32,000 bases of DNA from Candidatus Methylomirabilis limnetica. GTDB lineage: Bacteria > Methylomirabilota > Methylomirabilia > Methylomirabilales > Methylomirabilaceae. The DNA lies in assembly GCF_003044035.1 (NCBI RefSeq), contig NZ_NVQC01000017.1:1-32000 (forward strand), written 5' to 3'. The notes beneath the pieces were generated by a model. That model did no database searches and was not told the origin of the DNA. It saw only the letters and a list, made by a program, of their open reading frames with translations. Position 1 is the stretch's first letter. Each line of letters opens with the position of its first letter. Made by a program: the position numbers and the translations under genes. Shown piece after piece: positions 31,357 to 32,000 of this stretch.

Positions 31357-32000
31357 TCAGAACCGTACTCTGACGCCGCCATGTACGAGCAGCGGAGTAC
31401 CGGTGGTGACGATGCCATCGGCCGTCCTGCTGACCTCGTACGTCCTATCGAAGAGGTTCTCTGCCGCCAGGAAGAGTTCTCCTGCGGTCGCCCCTGGAAC
31501 GGGGATCGGTCGCGAGAGCATGAGGTCCACCACAAAGAAGTCGCCGAGCTTCAGTGAGTTGAGGTCGTCCTCAAATTGATCCCCGACAAACCGCCCCTGG
31601 ACGGAGACGTTGATGAGGGCAGGGTTGGTGTAATTCAGCTTCAAGGCAAACTGATGCCTCGGAACCTGGGCGATTCTTTTTCCCTCCAGATCCGGCTGGT
31701 TCGGGGCGCTCAAGACCTCAGTATGGTTATAAAGATAACTGCCTGAGGCGGTCCAGCGCGGAAGCGGACGATATTCCAGTTCGGCCTCGATCCCCCTGAT
31801 CCGTGTCCGGTCCAGGTTGTCCCGCTGTCGGCAGACGCCTCCGGCCGGAACGAAGCCGCAAGGAGCAACGGGGGCCCCCGCACCGATCCCCTTGGTGACG
31901 TTGACAACAGGATCCTTCACCTCGTTCCAAAAAGCAGTCAGCCGACCGAGAAGGTTGCTCATAATGGCATAGTCGGCCCCGACCTCTCCCCCGATTAGCC
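31357..32000 (-). CDS. TonB-dependent receptor, C-terminal part (continues beyond right edge)
   Basis: It ends ...TTGTPLLVHGGVRVRF* with the terminal aromatic residue. The frame stays open upstream of the ORF-track Met (LIGGEVGADYAIMSNLLG...) to position 32000. The sequence has a beta-barrel-like alternating pattern. Confidence 0.8.
   Translation of the reverse strand, partial: LIGGEVGADYAIMSNLLGRLTAFWNEVKDPVVNVTKGIGAGAPVAPCGFVPAGGVCRQRDNLDRTRIRGIEAELEYRPLPRWTASGSYLYNHTEVLSAPNQPDLEGKRIAQVPRHQFALKLNYTNPALINVSVQGRFVGDQFEDDLNSLKLGDFFVVDLMLSRPIPVPGATAGELFLAAENLFDRTYEVSRTADGIVTTGTPLLVHGGVRVRF

Overview
This is 32 kb of GC-rich, densely coding bacterial chromosome. I saw no rRNA, tRNA or CRISPR array. 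All family assignments are motif recognition from memory; no searches were run. The taxon cannot be determined from the sequence alone.

Layout, left to right:
1. A scrambled accessory patch: a multihaem cytochrome c fragment, a DUF4338/DruA-like N-terminal fragment, a brnT toxin gene broken by a 153-bp MITE-like insert, and an intact brnA.
2. A minus-strand four-gene operon: aldehyde dehydrogenase, a guanidino-modifying (ArgZ/AgrE-like) enzyme, a class-III aminotransferase and a TPP enzyme.
3. A divergent plus-strand six-gene operon. It mixes homogentisate-pathway-like enzymes (an HPPD catalytic-domain-only protein, a homogentisate-dioxygenase-like cupin, a small FAH-family protein) with a tyrosine-phenol-lyase/tryptophanase-family PLP enzyme, a haem-oxygenase-like di-iron protein and an unknown.
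4. PEBP/YbhB plus SixA, a membrane protein, and a cold-shock gene.
5. A long co-directional minus-strand string: TonB-dependent receptor, TonB, a secreted protein of 14 x 24-aa repeats with DxDxDG-type loops, an FG-GAP/VCBS protein, xoxF (lanthanide-type DYD motif), xoxJ, xoxG and a small secreted protein.
6. vapBC.
7. A sigma54-type sensor kinase and response regulator.
8. The 3' end of a second TonB-dependent receptor.

The most unusual signal is a family of six 161-224 bp elements. They have 14-nt perfect terminal inverted repeats, and five of the six have 8-bp target-site duplications. Their interiors are decayed pieces of a four-helix-bundle (23S-rRNA-intervening-sequence protein family) gene. 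Three nearly identical copies sit in consecutive intergenic spacers of the receptor-to-xoxF string.

I also found a candidate sigma54 promoter with a tandem-palindrome enhancer upstream of the receptor.
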